This document shows positions 1 to 10,118 of a DNA stretch of 64,000 nucleotides, in pieces. Position numbers and translations under genes: made by a program. Numbering within the stretch: the first letter of the stretch is position 1; each line of letters starts with the position of its first letter. This DNA is from an uncultured Gemmatimonadaceae bacterium. GTDB lineage: Bacteria > Gemmatimonadota > Gemmatimonadetes > Gemmatimonadales > Gemmatimonadaceae. The notes under the pieces are model-generated. The model saw only the letters and a list, made by a program, of their open reading frames with translations. It did not search any database and was not told the DNA's origin. The stretch covers positions 384,001 to 448,000 of the forward strand of contig CAVUDW010000002.1 of the NCBI GenBank assembly GCA_963740355.1. Direction: 5' to 3'.

Positions 1-2055
1 ATGATGCTCGGCGCCCTGCTGCGCAAGCGTCCAGCGCATGGTGGCGCGCCCGATAGGGTACTGGATATAGGCAATGCGTGTCCCGTCCCATGACCAGATC
101 GGCTGAATGGAGTGCACACCATCGGTCGTCAACGGCACCGCCTGACCCAGCGCCGGATCGATGAGCCAGATTACCGATGGGCGCGGATCGACCGTGACCG
201 CGATCCGCTTCCCATCCGGCGACACGGACGGGAAGCGATAGCCGCGTGGTTCGACGTTGATCGGCGTCTCACGCCCATAGCGGTCGACACGCACCAGCGT
301 GCGCTGAAATCCGCCTGGCATGTAGATCAGCGTGCCAGTCTGAGAGACGGCGAAGTAGCCAGCGCCGCCGCCCGGGCCACGAAAGGCTTCGAACACCGGC
401 ACCGATGTGCCGCTCGTCACGGTGTTCTCGACGTCGAATCGCACGACGCGCACGCGACCTTCGTTGTCGTCGAAGAGCAGGTGCCCCGACGGCAGGTAAC
501 GACCCTGCCGACCTTTGCCCACGATGCGAATGTCTCCCGACGCCAGATCCATCACGCCGACACCGGAATCCGTACTGATCAGGGCGCGGTCCTTACCGGG
601 CAGGAACGACGGGAACTTGAGTGGCCCGAGGGCCAACCGCCGCATGCTGTCTGCGGGAAATACCGCGACGTTGGTCGACGTGCCCCCGTCGGCACGCGTG
701 CGATGCAGCGTCCCATCGCTGAGTGCAAAGAGAATCGTCCCATCAGGACCCCAGTCGGCGCCGAGTTCACCCGGCTGCACGTCAGTCAGGTCGATCGGCG
801 CGCCACCCGATCGCGGCACCTTCCGCAGTTTCGTGCGCGCAAAGAACCCGATCCATGCGCCGTCCGGTGAAAAGAACGGAGAACTCGCGCCCTCCGTCCC
901 CGGAAGTACATGTGAGATCGTGTCGGCCAGCGCGCGCAGGAACAGTTGCGCCTTTCCGCTGTCGTCACCCACATACACGATGTACGCCCCGTCTGGCGAT
1001 ATCGCCAAGGGATAGTTTCCAATCGATAGCAATTGGTCGCGTGCCAGTGGAATGACCGTGCGTGCCACCGTGCCCTGGCTGCGCGGGGGTTCAGGCGGTG
1101 CGCCGATCCAGTATCCCGCTGCGGCAGCGGCGACGACCGCAGTCGCGCCGATCATCCACCAACGCGCTGCCGCGCTGGTGAACGCCTTCTCGCCGGCGGC
1201 ACGCACGCCTCCGGTCTCATTCCCGCCTCGCAGCGCGTCCGCAAACAGCGCCGCGCTTGCGAATCGATCCGCCGCCACCCGCTGCAGTGCCCCGTCGATC
1301 GCCCTCGCAACGTATTCCGGCACCGTCGGCCGCAGTGTGACGATCGGCGTCGGCGCCGTCGTCATCATCTTCGCCACGATCACCTGCGCCGACTCGCCCG
1401 TGAACGGCGGTTCGCCGGCCAACATCTCGTACAGGATCGCACCGAGCGCGAAGATGTCGGTGCGCGCGGTGATGTGTTTCTCGCCCATCGCCTGCTCGGG
1501 ACTCATGTAGTGCGGCGTGCCCACACTCATCCCGGTCTCTGTCAGGCGCACGTCGCCCGTCGTGCGCGCCAGCGCTAGCGCAATACCGAAGTCGGCCACC
1601 ATCGCGCGACCGTCGTGCAACAGCACGTTCTCGGGCTTTACATCGCGATGCACCACACCGTGCCGATGTGCATAGTCCAGTGCATCGGCGACTTCCCGCG
1701 CGATGCGCACGGCATCGCTGACGGGCAGCTGCCCTTCGCGCTCCAGCCGGTCGCGCAGCGTCTCGCCCTCGATGAACGGCATCACGTAGTACACGCTGCC
1801 CGCCGCTTCACCGGAGTCGAACAGCGGCACGATGTGCGGATGCTGCAGGTTCGCGGTCGTGCGGATCTCCCGCAGGAATCGCTCGGCGCCCGTGCGTTGC
1901 GACAGGTCCGGTCGCAGCACCTTGATCGCGACGCGTCGCGCGTGCCGGATGTCGGTCGCCAGCAGGACCGTCGCCATCCCGCCGGCGCCGATCTCACGCT
2001 CGATGGTGTAGCGATCCGCCAAGGCGGCGGCGAGCCGATCCGCTGCGGCGCTCAT
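1..2055 (-). CDS. Ser/Thr protein kinase (Hanks-type) with TM segment and C-terminal PD40/TolB-like beta-propeller; 3' end runs off window
   Basis: Manual translation from ATG at 2055: MSAAADRLAAALADRYTIEREIGAGGMATV...VAIKVL...HRDVKPENVLL...VADFGIA...GTPHYMSPEQ; later SPDG repeats. Absent from ORF track, presumably because no stop lies in the window. Confidence 0.92.
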   Translation of the reverse strand, partial: MSAAADRLAAALADRYTIEREIGAGGMATVLLATDIRHARRVAIKVLRPDLSQRTGAERFLREIRTTANLQHPHIVPLFDSGEAAGSVYYVMPFIEGETLRDRLEREGQLPVSDAVRIAREVADALDYAHRHGVVHRDVKPENVLLHDGRAMVADFGIALALARTTGDVRLTETGMSVGTPHYMSPEQAMGEKHITARTDIFALGAILYEMLAGEPPFTGESAQVIVAKMMTTAPTPIVTLRPTVPEYVARAIDGALQRVAADRFASAALFADALRGGNETGGVRAAGEKAFTSAAARWWMIGATAVVAAAAAGYWIGAPPEPPRSQGTVARTVIPLARDQLLSIGNYPLAISPDGAYIVYVGDDSGKAQLFLRALADTISHVLPGTEGASSPFFSPDGAWIGFFARTKLRKVPRSGGAPIDLTDVQPGELGADWGPDGTILFALSDGTLHRTRADGGTSTNVAVFPADSMRRLALGPLKFPSFLPGKDRALISTDSGVGVMDLASGDIRIVGKGRQGRYLPSGHLLFDDNEGRVRVVRFDVENTVTSGTSVPVFEAFRGPGGGAGYFAVSQTGTLIYMPGGFQRTLVRVDRYGRETPINVEPRGYRFPSVSPDGKRIAVTVDPRPSVIWLIDPALGQAVPLTTDGVHSIQPIWSWDGTRIAYIQYPIGRATMRWTLAQQGAEHH

Positions 2056-2197
2056 CGAGGGAGTCCAGGACGACGGAGCCAGACGGCACCGGGCGCGACT
2101 GCCGGCTGCACGGGATCGCGGAGCATGAACGGAGGCTGAAGGGGGCCCACCTCGACGTGACGGCCGGAACCTATCCCAATGCCACCAAACGCCAGAG

Positions 2198-2350
2198 CTA
2201 CCCCCGCCGGCAGCGCTCCGAGCAGAATTTCACCTGGTCCCAGTCCCGCTCCCACTTCTTGCGCCAGCTGAACGGCCGCCCACATCGCAGGCAGACCTTT
2301 TCGGGCCGCTCAGACGGCGGACGGGCTCGGTTCGGGCGCTTGGGGGGCAT
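2198..2350 (-). CDS. DUF2256 family small Cys-rich protein (50 aa)
   Basis: Manual translation [50 protein letters not shown] matches the DUF2256 pattern CxxCGRPFxWRKKW...V.[YF]CSxRCR; shorter than any ORF in the track. Confidence 0.88.
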   Translation of the reverse strand: MPPKRPNRARPPSERPEKVCLRCGRPFSWRKKWERDWDQVKFCSERCRRG

Positions 2351-2435
2351 GCCGGTCGAAGCCCCGCACTGGCCCACCGGTTCCCCGCCAGTCCGGCGAG
2401 GGCAAACCCCCTGTCAGCCACAATAGATTTGGCGC

Positions 2436-5210
2436 ATGGCTGACACCCCTATCACGACCAGTGCCTTCAACGACGGCTATGTCGCCGAGATGTTCGAGGC
2501 CTACCGCGCCGACCCGACCAGCGTCGACGAGTCCTGGCGACAGTTCTTCCGCCTCGCTGCCCAGTTCAGCGGAGGCGCCCCTGCCGCCCTCACGCCGTCG
2601 ACCACCGACTCCGATCCCGAGCTTCCGCGCCTCGCCGCCTCGGCGGCGTCCCTGGCACAGAACATCCGCATCTTCGGGCATCTGGCCGTCCCGCTCGATC
2701 CGCTCGGCACATCACCGCTTGGTGCCGCCGAACTGACGCCGGAATACCACAAGATCACGGCCGCCGATCTGTCGCGCGTTCCGGCCGCCTCGCTTGGCTA
2801 CAGCAACGATGCGCGGTTCAAGACCGCGGCCGATGTGATTGCGATGCTCCGCCGTCGCTATTCGTCGAGACTCGCGCTCGAAGTGATGCACCTGCCTGAT
2901 GAAACGGAGCGCCTCTGGTTCCGCACCATCCTGCGCGAGGAGAAGCTCACCCGTCAGCTGACAGCGGCCGAGAAGGTCGATGTCCTGAAGCGTCTCACGC
3001 AGGTCGATGGCCTCGAGCGCTTCCTCGGTCGTGCCTATCAGGGCAAGAAGCGCTTCAGCATCGAAGGCACCGATGCACTGGTGCCGATGCTCGATACGGC
3101 GATCACCGAAGCGTCGGAAAACGGCACCACGCAAGTCGTGATCGGCATGGCGCATCGTGGCCGACTCAACGTGCTCACGAACGTGATGGGCAAGCCGTAC
3201 GCGAACCTCTTCTCCGAGTTCGAAGGGCGCCACGGCGCCGCACCGGACAGCGAGACGGGTGACGTGAAATACCATATGGGCTATGAAGGTTCGCGTGTGC
3301 TGCCGACCGGCGCCAAGGTCGGCATGACACTGGTGCCGAACCCGAGCCATCTCGAATTTGCGAACCCGGTCATCAACGGTGTCGCGCGTGCCCGCCAGCG
3401 CATCAAGGGCACCGAAGGCAAGCGTGACCCGAAGGCAGTGCTGACGGTGTGCGTGCACGGCGACGCAGCCTTCATCGGCGAAGGCGTGGTGGCCGAGACG
3501 TTCAACATGAGCCGCCTCCGTGGTTTTGAAGTCGGCGGCACGCTGCACATCATCTCGAACAACCAGGTTGGCTTCACCACCGACCCGATCGACGCCCGCA
3601 GCACGCACTACGCCAGCGACCTTGCGAAGGGTTTCGATGTGCCGATCGTGCACGTCAACGCGGACGACGCCGAGGCCTGCGTGATGGCGGTGCGCATCGC
3701 CATCGCCTATCGCACCCGCTTCGGCAAGGACTTCCTCATCGACCTCGTCGGGTATCGTCGCTGGGGTCACAACGAGACCGACGAGCCGCTCTTCACGCAG
3801 CCGGAGCTCTACGCGCGCATCAAGGCGCATCCGACGCCGCGCCAGGTGTGGGGTTCACGCCTCGTGCGTGATGGTGTGATGACGAAGGCCGATGTCGACG
3901 CGATGGACGCCGACTTCGCCAAGTCGCTCGAAGCCATCTTCGATACCGTGCGCAAGGCGGACGATTCACACGACGAGCACCTGCCGAATCCGCCCGCACC
4001 GGCCCCCGTCCAGACGAACGTCGCCGCCGGTCGCCTGAAGGCGCTCAACGAGGCGCTGCTGACCTGGCCGAAGGAATTCACGCCCAACCCGCGGCTCGCG
4101 AAGACCCTCGAGCGCCGTCGCGAGGGCCTCGAGAAGTCGATCGACTGGGGGCATGCCGAGGCGCTCGCATTCGGAACGCTGCTGCAGGAGGGGATGAACA
4201 TCCGCCTCACCGGACAGGATGTCGAACGTGGCACGTTCAGCCATCGCCAGGCGGTCCTGCATGATGCCAACACGTACACGACCTACACGCCGCTCCAGCA
4301 TGTGCCCGACGCCAAGGCGTCGATGGAAATCGCGAACAGCCCACTCAGTGAAACCGCAGTGATGGGTTTCGAATACGGCTTCAGCACTGCCGCACCGGAT
4401 ACCCTCGTCTGCTGGGAAGCACAGTTCGGTGACTTCGCCAACGTCGCGGCGCCGATCATCGACCAGTTCCTGGTGGCTGACCGTGCCAAGTGGCATCAGG
4501 ACTCCGGACTGGTCTTGCTGCTGCCGCATGGTTACGAAGGGCAGGGGCCAGAGCATTCGTCTGCACGACTGGAGCGATTCCTTCAGCAATGCGCCGAAGG
4601 AAACATGACGGTCGCCTATCCCTCCACGCCGGCGCAGTATTTCCACCTGCTCCGTCGCCAGGCGCTGCGCACGTCACGCCGCCCGATGGTGCTGATGCAG
4701 CCGAAGTCGATGCTGCGCCTGCCGGATGCGATGAGCGGCATTGCCGATCTTGCGACTGGCGGATTCCAGCCCGTGATCGACGATGCCTCCACCAAGGGTC
4801 GCGAAAAGAAGGTCACGCGACTGGTCGCCTGCACCGGCAAGATCTACCACGAAATCCGCGCCGCGAATCCAGAGCCGCATGTGGCCGTGGTTCGCATCGA
4901 GGAGTTGTATCCGTGGCCACACGAGGAAGTTCAGGCAGTGATCGATCGCTACCCGAACCTCGCCGAAGTGGTCTGGACACAGGAAGAGCCGAAGAACATG
5001 GGCGCCTGGACCTTCGTCGAGCCGCGCATGCGGATGGCGACGGGCAACGCGCTCACGCTTCGGTACGCCGGTCGTCCGGAGCGTGCCAGCCCCGCCGAAG
5101 GCTACGAGGCGTCACACAAGGCGGATCAGGCGCGCATCATCGCCGAGGCGTTGGCCCCCGTGCCGACACCCGCAGCACCGAAGGCCCGGAAGGCGTCAGC
5201 CACTCGCTGA
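2436..5210 (+). CDS. sucA: 2-oxoglutarate dehydrogenase E1 component
   Basis: KRFSIEG, GMAHRGRLN, GDVKYH, NPSHLE, TPP-binding HGDAAF...NNQVGFTT, WEAQFGDF, LPHGYEGQGPEHSSARLERFLQ. Confidence 0.97.
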   Translation: MADTPITTSAFNDGYVAEMFEAYRADPTSVDESWRQFFRLAAQFSGGAPAALTPSTTDSDPELPRLAASAASLAQNIRIFGHLAVPLDPLGTSPLGAAELTPEYHKITAADLSRVPAASLGYSNDARFKTAADVIAMLRRRYSSRLALEVMHLPDETERLWFRTILREEKLTRQLTAAEKVDVLKRLTQVDGLERFLGRAYQGKKRFSIEGTDALVPMLDTAITEASENGTTQVVIGMAHRGRLNVLTNVMGKPYANLFSEFEGRHGAAPDSETGDVKYHMGYEGSRVLPTGAKVGMTLVPNPSHLEFANPVINGVARARQRIKGTEGKRDPKAVLTVCVHGDAAFIGEGVVAETFNMSRLRGFEVGGTLHIISNNQVGFTTDPIDARSTHYASDLAKGFDVPIVHVNADDAEACVMAVRIAIAYRTRFGKDFLIDLVGYRRWGHNETDEPLFTQPELYARIKAHPTPRQVWGSRLVRDGVMTKADVDAMDADFAKSLEAIFDTVRKADDSHDEHLPNPPAPAPVQTNVAAGRLKALNEALLTWPKEFTPNPRLAKTLERRREGLEKSIDWGHAEALAFGTLLQEGMNIRLTGQDVERGTFSHRQAVLHDANTYTTYTPLQHVPDAKASMEIANSPLSETAVMGFEYGFSTAAPDTLVCWEAQFGDFANVAAPIIDQFLVADRAKWHQDSGLVLLLPHGYEGQGPEHSSARLERFLQQCAEGNMTVAYPSTPAQYFHLLRRQALRTSRRPMVLMQPKSMLRLPDAMSGIADLATGGFQPVIDDASTKGREKKVTRLVACTGKIYHEIRAANPEPHVAVVRIEELYPWPHEEVQAVIDRYPNLAEVVWTQEEPKNMGAWTFVEPRMRMATGNALTLRYAGRPERASPAEGYEASHKADQARIIAEALAPVPTPAAPKARKASATR

Positions 5211-5332
5211 CGGCTTCCGGTAGCAAGCTCGCTTCATCAGACGCGGCGCGTTCGTCATTGCACCATCGACGGACGCGCCGCCGTGCGCAGCGGCCCGCTC
5301 ACGCGGGTCGTCCCGTTTTCTCATAGTCCGCG

Positions 5333-8017
5333 TTGATCACCGTGCGCTTTCTTCGTCGCTCCGCTGCCGCACTGCTCGCCGTCGCTTCCCTCGCCCCAGC
5401 CGCGCTTCGCGCGCAGCAGGGCGCGGTGCCGCTCTACGACCTCACTGGCGCACTCGGCACCACTGCACGCGTGCTGATGATCGGCGCACACCCTGACGAC
5501 GAAGACACACAGCTACTCGGTTGGCTGGCTCGAGGTGCCAAGGTCGATGCCGCGTACCTCTCGCTCACGCGTGGCGACGGCGGGCAGAATGCCATCGGCA
5601 ACGAGCTGGGTGAACCGCTCGGCGTGATCCGCACCGAGGAACTGCTGGCGGCACGGCGCATCGATGGCGCCCGACAGTTCTTCACCCGTGCCTACGACTT
5701 CGGTTTCTCCAAGACGGCCGTCGAAACCTTCAAGCACTGGCCGAAGGATTCCGTCTTTGGTGACGTGGTGCGGATCGTTCGCGCCTTCCGCCCGCAGCTG
5801 ATCATCGCCGTCTTCAGCGGCACGCCGCGAGATGGACACGGTCACCATCAGGTGTCGGGAATGTTGGCCAAGGAAGCGTATGAAGCCAGCATGGACACGG
5901 TGCGTTTCCCGATTTCGACGTATGGCGCGCCGTGGACCGTCTCCAAGTTTTATCGCGCCGCGCGTTTCAACCCCACCGGCGCGACGCTCAAGATCGATGT
6001 CGGTGGCTACGATCCAATTCGCGGACAGGCCCTCGGCGAAATCGCAGGGCTCAGCCGCAGCCAGCATCGTAGCCAGGGGTTCGGTGTCGCGCAGCCACGC
6101 GGCACGTTGCCCGATTACGTGCGCCGCGAAGCCACACGTGTCAACGAGTCCACACCCGCAGAGAAGGAAGTTTCGCTGTTCGATGGCGTAGATCCAACGC
6201 TTGGACGTTTCGCCGCATCCCTTACCGCCGCACAGAAGCCAGTGTACGACAGCTTGATGCGCGCACTCAATGACGTTCGCACACAGATGGACCCCCAGCA
6301 GCCATGGAATTCGCTGCGCCGGATCGATCGCGCGCGCCACCTGCTCGACAAGTGGTGCACCGGTGGCGTCGCCGCTCGCAGCGACATCTGTCGTGGTGAG
6401 GACGGATTCCCCACCAACCTCTCGCCCAGTGATGCGGACAAGGCGATGAGCGCGGCTCGCACCTTCGGGCAGTTGCAGCGACTCGGCGCGGCATCGAGTG
6501 GCTTGCTGCTCGAAACGACGGTGAATCGTCATGACGTCGCCGAAGGTGATACCGCGACCTTGTCGGTGCGCGTCACGAACCGTAGTCCGTTCATGGCGCG
6601 TGTCTCCGTGTTCACGCCGAGCAGTGCGAGCGGGCCAGCACCGAAGGACACCATTGCACCAGGCGAGGCCTACGTCACCACGTTGCCGTTGCCGTCATAT
6701 CCACGCTCAGCGCCATGGTGGCTGCGCCGCCGCGCTGATGACTCGTTGATGAACCAGGGCAACGCGATCATCGAGCCGACGGCGCGCTTCGGCGACATGT
6801 TCATCGAGCCTGCATCGACGGTGGACGAAGAAGTGCGTGGAAATCGTCCCGATGCCTCGATCCCGGCACTGGTCGATGGCGTGCCGGTGCAGCTCAGTGC
6901 GCAGATCGTGTATCGGCGCATCGATGAAGTGAAGGGCCAGATCGACACGCCGGTGATGTTCACGCCGCGCGTCACGCTCACGCTCGATGGTGGTGCGGCC
7001 AGTTATGTGCGCGCCAACACGCCGTTTCAGCGCACCGTGAATGTGCGCGTCACCGCCAACGGTGCGCTCGATGGGCCTGTCACCGTGCGGCTGCTCTGGC
7101 CGAAGGGATTGGGCGGCGACAGCGCGGCAAAGCGGGTCACGCTGACGGTCGGGAACGAAGTGATCGTGCCATTCGTCCTGCGTGGCACGCTGCCCCGTGG
7201 GCGGCACGTCATCAGCGCCAGTGTCGATGCGCAGATCGCCGGCAAGGCGACGACGTTCGCGAGTGGATACCAGTCGATCGAGTACGATCATATCCGGCCG
7301 CAACACATCTATCGCCCCGCTGCCATCGCGCTGGAAGCGGTGGAAACCGGCGCGGTACCCGCGGGCCTGGTTGGCTACATCGATGGACTCGCCGACAACG
7401 TGATGCCAATGCTGGCGCAACTCGGCGCGAATATCGAACATCTTCCAGCCGCGACCATCACGCCGGCTGGGCTGACGCGCTACAAGGTGATCGTGGTCGG
7501 CCCACGCGCAATTGAGGCGCAGGTGGCACTCGCCGCCAAGATGCCGATTCTGCAGGAGTGGGTGAAGAATGGCGGCACCATGATCGTGCAGTACCAGCAG
7601 GCCGACATCGGTCGCCCGGGCATGGCGCCATTCCCGCTCACCTTCGCTCGCCCTGCTGCACGCGTCACCGAGGAGGACGCCGAGGTGAAGGTGCTGCGCG
7701 CCGACAGTCCGTTGCTGACGCGTCCCAATCGCATCGACCGCACCGATTGGAACGGCTGGGTGCAGGAGCGTGCGACGTACATGCCGACCACCGCAGATTC
7801 GTCGTACACCCCGGTGCTTGCCATGCATGATGTCGACGAACCTGACAACCCGAATGCCCTGTTGACCGCGAAGATCGGCAAGGGCACGTACGTCTTCACG
7901 ACGCTCGCACTGTTCCGCCAGCTGCCGGCCGGTGTGCCAGGTGCCGCGCGGTTGTTCGTGAACATCCTCAGCGCGGGTGAATCCACGCCTGCGCCGCGTC
8001 GCCGGCCCGTGCCGTGA
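5333..8017 (+). CDS. Secreted PIG-L/LmbE-family deacetylase with Ig-like (NEW3-type) and C-terminal GATase-like domains
   Basis: Signal peptide; AHPDDED, TRGDGGQN, RTEELLAARRIDG, HGHH motifs; C-terminal WVQERATY...GAARLFVN. Start may be TTG 5333 or GTG 5342. Confidence 0.88.
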   Translation: MITVRFLRRSAAALLAVASLAPAALRAQQGAVPLYDLTGALGTTARVLMIGAHPDDEDTQLLGWLARGAKVDAAYLSLTRGDGGQNAIGNELGEPLGVIRTEELLAARRIDGARQFFTRAYDFGFSKTAVETFKHWPKDSVFGDVVRIVRAFRPQLIIAVFSGTPRDGHGHHQVSGMLAKEAYEASMDTVRFPISTYGAPWTVSKFYRAARFNPTGATLKIDVGGYDPIRGQALGEIAGLSRSQHRSQGFGVAQPRGTLPDYVRREATRVNESTPAEKEVSLFDGVDPTLGRFAASLTAAQKPVYDSLMRALNDVRTQMDPQQPWNSLRRIDRARHLLDKWCTGGVAARSDICRGEDGFPTNLSPSDADKAMSAARTFGQLQRLGAASSGLLLETTVNRHDVAEGDTATLSVRVTNRSPFMARVSVFTPSSASGPAPKDTIAPGEAYVTTLPLPSYPRSAPWWLRRRADDSLMNQGNAIIEPTARFGDMFIEPASTVDEEVRGNRPDASIPALVDGVPVQLSAQIVYRRIDEVKGQIDTPVMFTPRVTLTLDGGAASYVRANTPFQRTVNVRVTANGALDGPVTVRLLWPKGLGGDSAAKRVTLTVGNEVIVPFVLRGTLPRGRHVISASVDAQIAGKATTFASGYQSIEYDHIRPQHIYRPAAIALEAVETGAVPAGLVGYIDGLADNVMPMLAQLGANIEHLPAATITPAGLTRYKVIVVGPRAIEAQVALAAKMPILQEWVKNGGTMIVQYQQADIGRPGMAPFPLTFARPAARVTEEDAEVKVLRADSPLLTRPNRIDRTDWNGWVQERATYMPTTADSSYTPVLAMHDVDEPDNPNALLTAKIGKGTYVFTTLALFRQLPAGVPGAARLFVNILSAGESTPAPRRRPVP

Positions 8018-9054
8018 TCGTCGCCACGCGCCTGCGCGCATTCGCTGCCCTCGCGCTCACCGCTGCCCTCTCGGCCTGCGGTGACGGCCGCACCGTGCTC
8101 GTGATCTACTCGCCGCACGGCAAGGAACTGCTCACGCACTACGAACTCGAGTTCGAGAAGCGGCATCCCACGGTCGATGTGCAGTGGCTCGACATCGGCT
8201 CGCAGGAAATTCTGGATCGGGTGCGCGCGGAGAAGGTGAACCCGCAGGCGGATGTGTGGTTTGGCGCACCGGCGGAGATGTTCGAGCGCGCGGCCAAGGA
8301 CGACCTGTTCGTGAAGTATCGCCCCACGTGGGCGGCAGCGGCCGACTCGTCGACGCACGACGCACAGGACCGCTGGTACGGCACCTACCTCACGCCCGAG
8401 GTGATCGCGTACAACCGCGACGCGATCAAGGCGGAAGATGCACCAGCCGACTGGGATGCGCTGCTCGATCCGAAGTGGAAGGGGAAGATCGTGATCCGTG
8501 ATCCGGTCGCCAGCGGGACGATGCGGGCCATCTGGGGCGGCATCATCCTGCGCTCGATCGCCAAGACAGGGAAGAGTGACGAGGGCTTCGCGTGGCTGAG
8601 GGCGCTCGATGCGCAGACTCGCGAGTATGCGCTCAACCCAACCATCATGTACCAGAAGCTCGGGCGGCAGGAGGGCGTCATCACCCTCTACAACATGCCC
8701 GATATCGCGACGCTCGAGTTTCGCACCAAGATTCCGATCTCGTGGAAGGTGCCGACCAGTGGCACACCGATTCTCGTCGACGCGATCGCGATCATGAAGG
8801 GCACGCGCCACAAGGAACTGGCGCAGCAGTACTACGAGTTCGTCACGTCACGGAGCGCCATGCAATACGCTGCCGATTCCCTCTACCGCATTCCCGTGCG
8901 CAGTGACCTGCCGCTCGACTCCCTGCCGGTGTGGATCCGCGAGGCGAAGACGGGCATCAAGCCGATGCCGATGAATCGCCAGCTACTCGCCGATAGTCTC
9001 AATCTCTGGATGCGCCGGTGGGACTCGGAAATCCGGAACAGCAGCAAGCGATAG
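8014..9054 (+). CDS. ABC transporter substrate-binding lipoprotein (Fe3+/AfuA/FbpA-like cluster)
   Basis: Lipobox ALSAC; VIYSPH, EKVNPQADVWFG, PADWDALLDPKWKGKI..DPVASG. Confidence 0.88.
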   Translation: MIVATRLRAFAALALTAALSACGDGRTVLVIYSPHGKELLTHYELEFEKRHPTVDVQWLDIGSQEILDRVRAEKVNPQADVWFGAPAEMFERAAKDDLFVKYRPTWAAAADSSTHDAQDRWYGTYLTPEVIAYNRDAIKAEDAPADWDALLDPKWKGKIVIRDPVASGTMRAIWGGIILRSIAKTGKSDEGFAWLRALDAQTREYALNPTIMYQKLGRQEGVITLYNMPDIATLEFRTKIPISWKVPTSGTPILVDAIAIMKGTRHKELAQQYYEFVTSRSAMQYAADSLYRIPVRSDLPLDSLPVWIREAKTGIKPMPMNRQLLADSLNLWMRRWDSEIRNSSKR

Positions 9055-10118
9055 TGGCGAGCAACGATCCCGTGAATCCCGCCTCGCTGACTCTCGATCA
9101 CATCACCCGCCGCTTCGCTGGACAGCTGGCGGTGGATGACCTGTCGCTCGAGATTCGCGCCGGCGAGTTGCTCGCGCTGGTGGGTGCGTCTGGCTCGGGC
9201 AAGACGACCACGCTGCGCATGGTGGCCGGCTACGAGACACCGGACGGTGGCAGCATCCGGCTCGATGGTCGCGACATCACCGCACTGCCACCCGAGCGTC
9301 GTGGGTTCGGCATGGTCTTCCAACACTATGCGCTCTTCCCACATCTCAGTGTCCAGGACAACGTCAGCTTCGGGCTCGAAGCCCGCGGCGTGAATGCCAC
9401 CGACCGTCGGGCGCAGGCGCTCGTCGCACTGGAGAACGTCGGCCTCGGTGCGAAGGCAGGCCGTCAGGTGCAGGCGCTCTCAGGTGGTGAACAGCAGCGT
9501 GTCGCGATGGCACGTGCGATGGTCATCCAGCCACGCGTGCTGCTGCTGGACGAACCGTTGTCGAACCTCGACCCGACGCTGCGCGAGGAGATGCGCACGG
9601 AGCTTCGTGCCACGCTCCAGCGTGCATCCGTGACCGCGCTCTTCGTCACGCACGACCAGGAAGATGCGTTTGCGATCGCTGATCGTGTGGCGCTGCTGGA
9701 ACATGGCAAGCTGTTGCAGCACGGCACCCCGGAGCAGCTCTACGATCGTCCGGCATCACGTGCAGTGGCCGAGTTCATCGGTCGCGCCGCGTTGGTTCCG
9801 GCCGAAGATCGTGGTACACATGCCCGCATCACGCTCGGTGGTGTGGCGCAGGATGTCGCGGTCACGCGCGCTGGCGGTGAAGCGATGCTGCCGCAGGCGC
9901 TGGCTGTCGTGCGACCCGAAATGCTCGGCATCGGCACTGGCGAGACCGGCTGGCCGGGTCGCGTCACGGCGCGGCGGTTCGCTGGCGCAGGCATGGCCTA
10001 CATCGTGGATGTCGGCGGCACGCCACTCGAGGTGCTCACACCAGTGCGAACCGGCGCCGTGGGCGACCTCGTGCGAGTCACCGTTGAGCGTGAACCCGTC
10101 GCGCTGGTGAGTGCGTGA
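9054..10118 (+). CDS. ABC transporter ATP-binding protein (PotA/FbpC-type, TOBE domain)
   Basis: GASGSGKTT, VFQHYALFPHL, LSGGEQQRVA, LLLDEP, VTHDQE; GTG at 9054 overlaps the upstream stop. Confidence 0.93.
   Translation: MASNDPVNPASLTLDHITRRFAGQLAVDDLSLEIRAGELLALVGASGSGKTTTLRMVAGYETPDGGSIRLDGRDITALPPERRGFGMVFQHYALFPHLSVQDNVSFGLEARGVNATDRRAQALVALENVGLGAKAGRQVQALSGGEQQRVAMARAMVIQPRVLLLDEPLSNLDPTLREEMRTELRATLQRASVTALFVTHDQEDAFAIADRVALLEHGKLLQHGTPEQLYDRPASRAVAEFIGRAALVPAEDRGTHARITLGGVAQDVAVTRAGGEAMLPQALAVVRPEMLGIGTGETGWPGRVTARRFAGAGMAYIVDVGGTPLEVLTPVRTGAVGDLVRVTVEREPVALVSA

Noticed and set aside
112..2139. Plus-strand ORFs (252, 181, 174 aa etc.)
   Set aside because: Antisense shadows of the minus-strand kinase, typical of high-GC DNA.
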